From the NCBI GenBank assembly GCA_018398765.1, contig JAHBMJ010000321.1, forward strand, positions 62,001 through 126,000: DNA of 64,000 nucleotides, read 5' to 3'. This stretch comes from Chromera velia (taxonomy: Eukaryota). Position 1 is the stretch's first letter. Each line of letters begins with the position of its first letter. The notes beneath the pieces are model-generated. The model was not told the origin of the DNA, ran no database searches, and saw nothing but the letters and a program-made list of their open reading frames with translations. Position numbers and translations under genes: made by a program. This document shows, piece after piece, positions 62,976 through 64,000 of the stretch.

Positions 62976-64000
62976 TATATATATACTAGTATATATAGCT
63001 TTCGATTATATCATAATTTGTTTGTTAATAACCTTAGTATACCTATAGTAGTATACTTGATGATACAATGATTATCATTACAATGAAAGGAATGGAGTGA
63101 TTCCGAATTTTACTAGTTCCGAAAGAAAGAGTCTCTTAGATAGAAAAATAGTTGGCCTGGAAATATACGCCGTCACTTCACCTGCGTTACATTATGAGGT
63201 TGTAGGCATTGTCAGAGCTGCACGTAGTGTGCGCATATCGAGCGTATGGTGCATATGTATGTGCATGCATGCATTGTATTAATTGGTTCGCATGCAAGTC
63301 AATTCAGAAGTACAGTCTCGCCTGTGTGTAAGACTAAAGAGAAGTACGAACAATGCATGTCCGACCTTCAGATCTTATAGCCCCGTACGTTAGCAGCGCC
63401 ATAACTCTACGTGGCAGCAGAGTAGGTCGGTCAGGGACCAATCTATTCTGTTCATGATCAGAGACGAATCTCTGTATCGTTGAACGGCAGACGGCAGGCA
63501 TTCTTTCGCACCAGACGACGATCTTCTCTGGATGCATTGAGTCTGTTCGCTTTTCAGAGTTCTTGTAGGTCTTTCTCTTGTTGTTGCGATGACGTTGAGG
63601 CCACATAGAGAAGTGGGCCCGATTTTCTGTGCAATTGCGTTCCTCGTGAAGAGTGTAGAGGAACTGAAGGACGTCTCCGTTGCGACCCTCGATGACCGAT
63701 AGTATTACGAGTCTGTTTGTCTTCTTCTGTCCGGAGTCGCTGAAGAAATGCAGCGATGGTTGCCTTCGGGGTCTATGGGTAAGAAGAAATGCAGAGCAAG
63801 GAAGGGTCGCAAGCAATCGAAGGACATCATTCAGGAGGGTCAAGACGAAGAGCCGGAAAAGAAGAAGAAGACGCGTCGTGGTTTGCGTTTTTCAAAGATC
63901 CAATGGAATGAGAAGGCCCTCGGATAGACACACAGCAAGAGAGATGGGAGGAAATCGGATGACGACCAGACTGCCTCCCCAGTGAAGCGGAAGGAAGCAG

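Noticed and set aside
63334..63985. 169-aa minus and 101-aa plus ORFs at the window end
   Set aside because: No recognisable motifs and non-ATG starts. They may be the edge or UTR of a gene outside the window.
1..64000. tRNA, rRNA or snRNA genes
   Set aside because: None recognised by eye. A covariance-model scan would be needed to exclude them.

Overview
Eukaryotic, intron-rich genomic DNA. It is most consistent with an apicomplexan-related alveolate; this is an inference from a plastid-type bipartite leader on lipoyl synthase and abundant TGCATG motifs. Eight protein genes were reconstructed by hand with the standard genetic code and 52 GT-AG introns: lipoyl synthase(-)/Na+/H+ exchanger(+), nucleotide-sugar transporter(-)/Pelle-IRAK-RLK-like kinase with tandem UIMs(+), CPSF73(-)/class I HDAC(+), and an ER-type ADP-ribosylglycohydrolase(-)/GT15 mannosyltransferase(+). 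All eight sit in four head-to-head pairs 0.7-1.0 kb apart. The pairs are separated by spacers of AT-rich DNA and transposon relics (LINEs with tetranucleotide tails, a chromodomain Ty3/gypsy remnant, MITEs, a foldback). The most striking signal is a deviant 5' splice-site consensus, GTCAGT (C at +3 in 36/52 introns, pyrimidine in 42/52). These donors are often expanded into (GTCA)n/(GTCG)n arrays, and microsatellites often replace the polypyrimidine tract at acceptors. Exon coordinates are manual predictions without RNA support.
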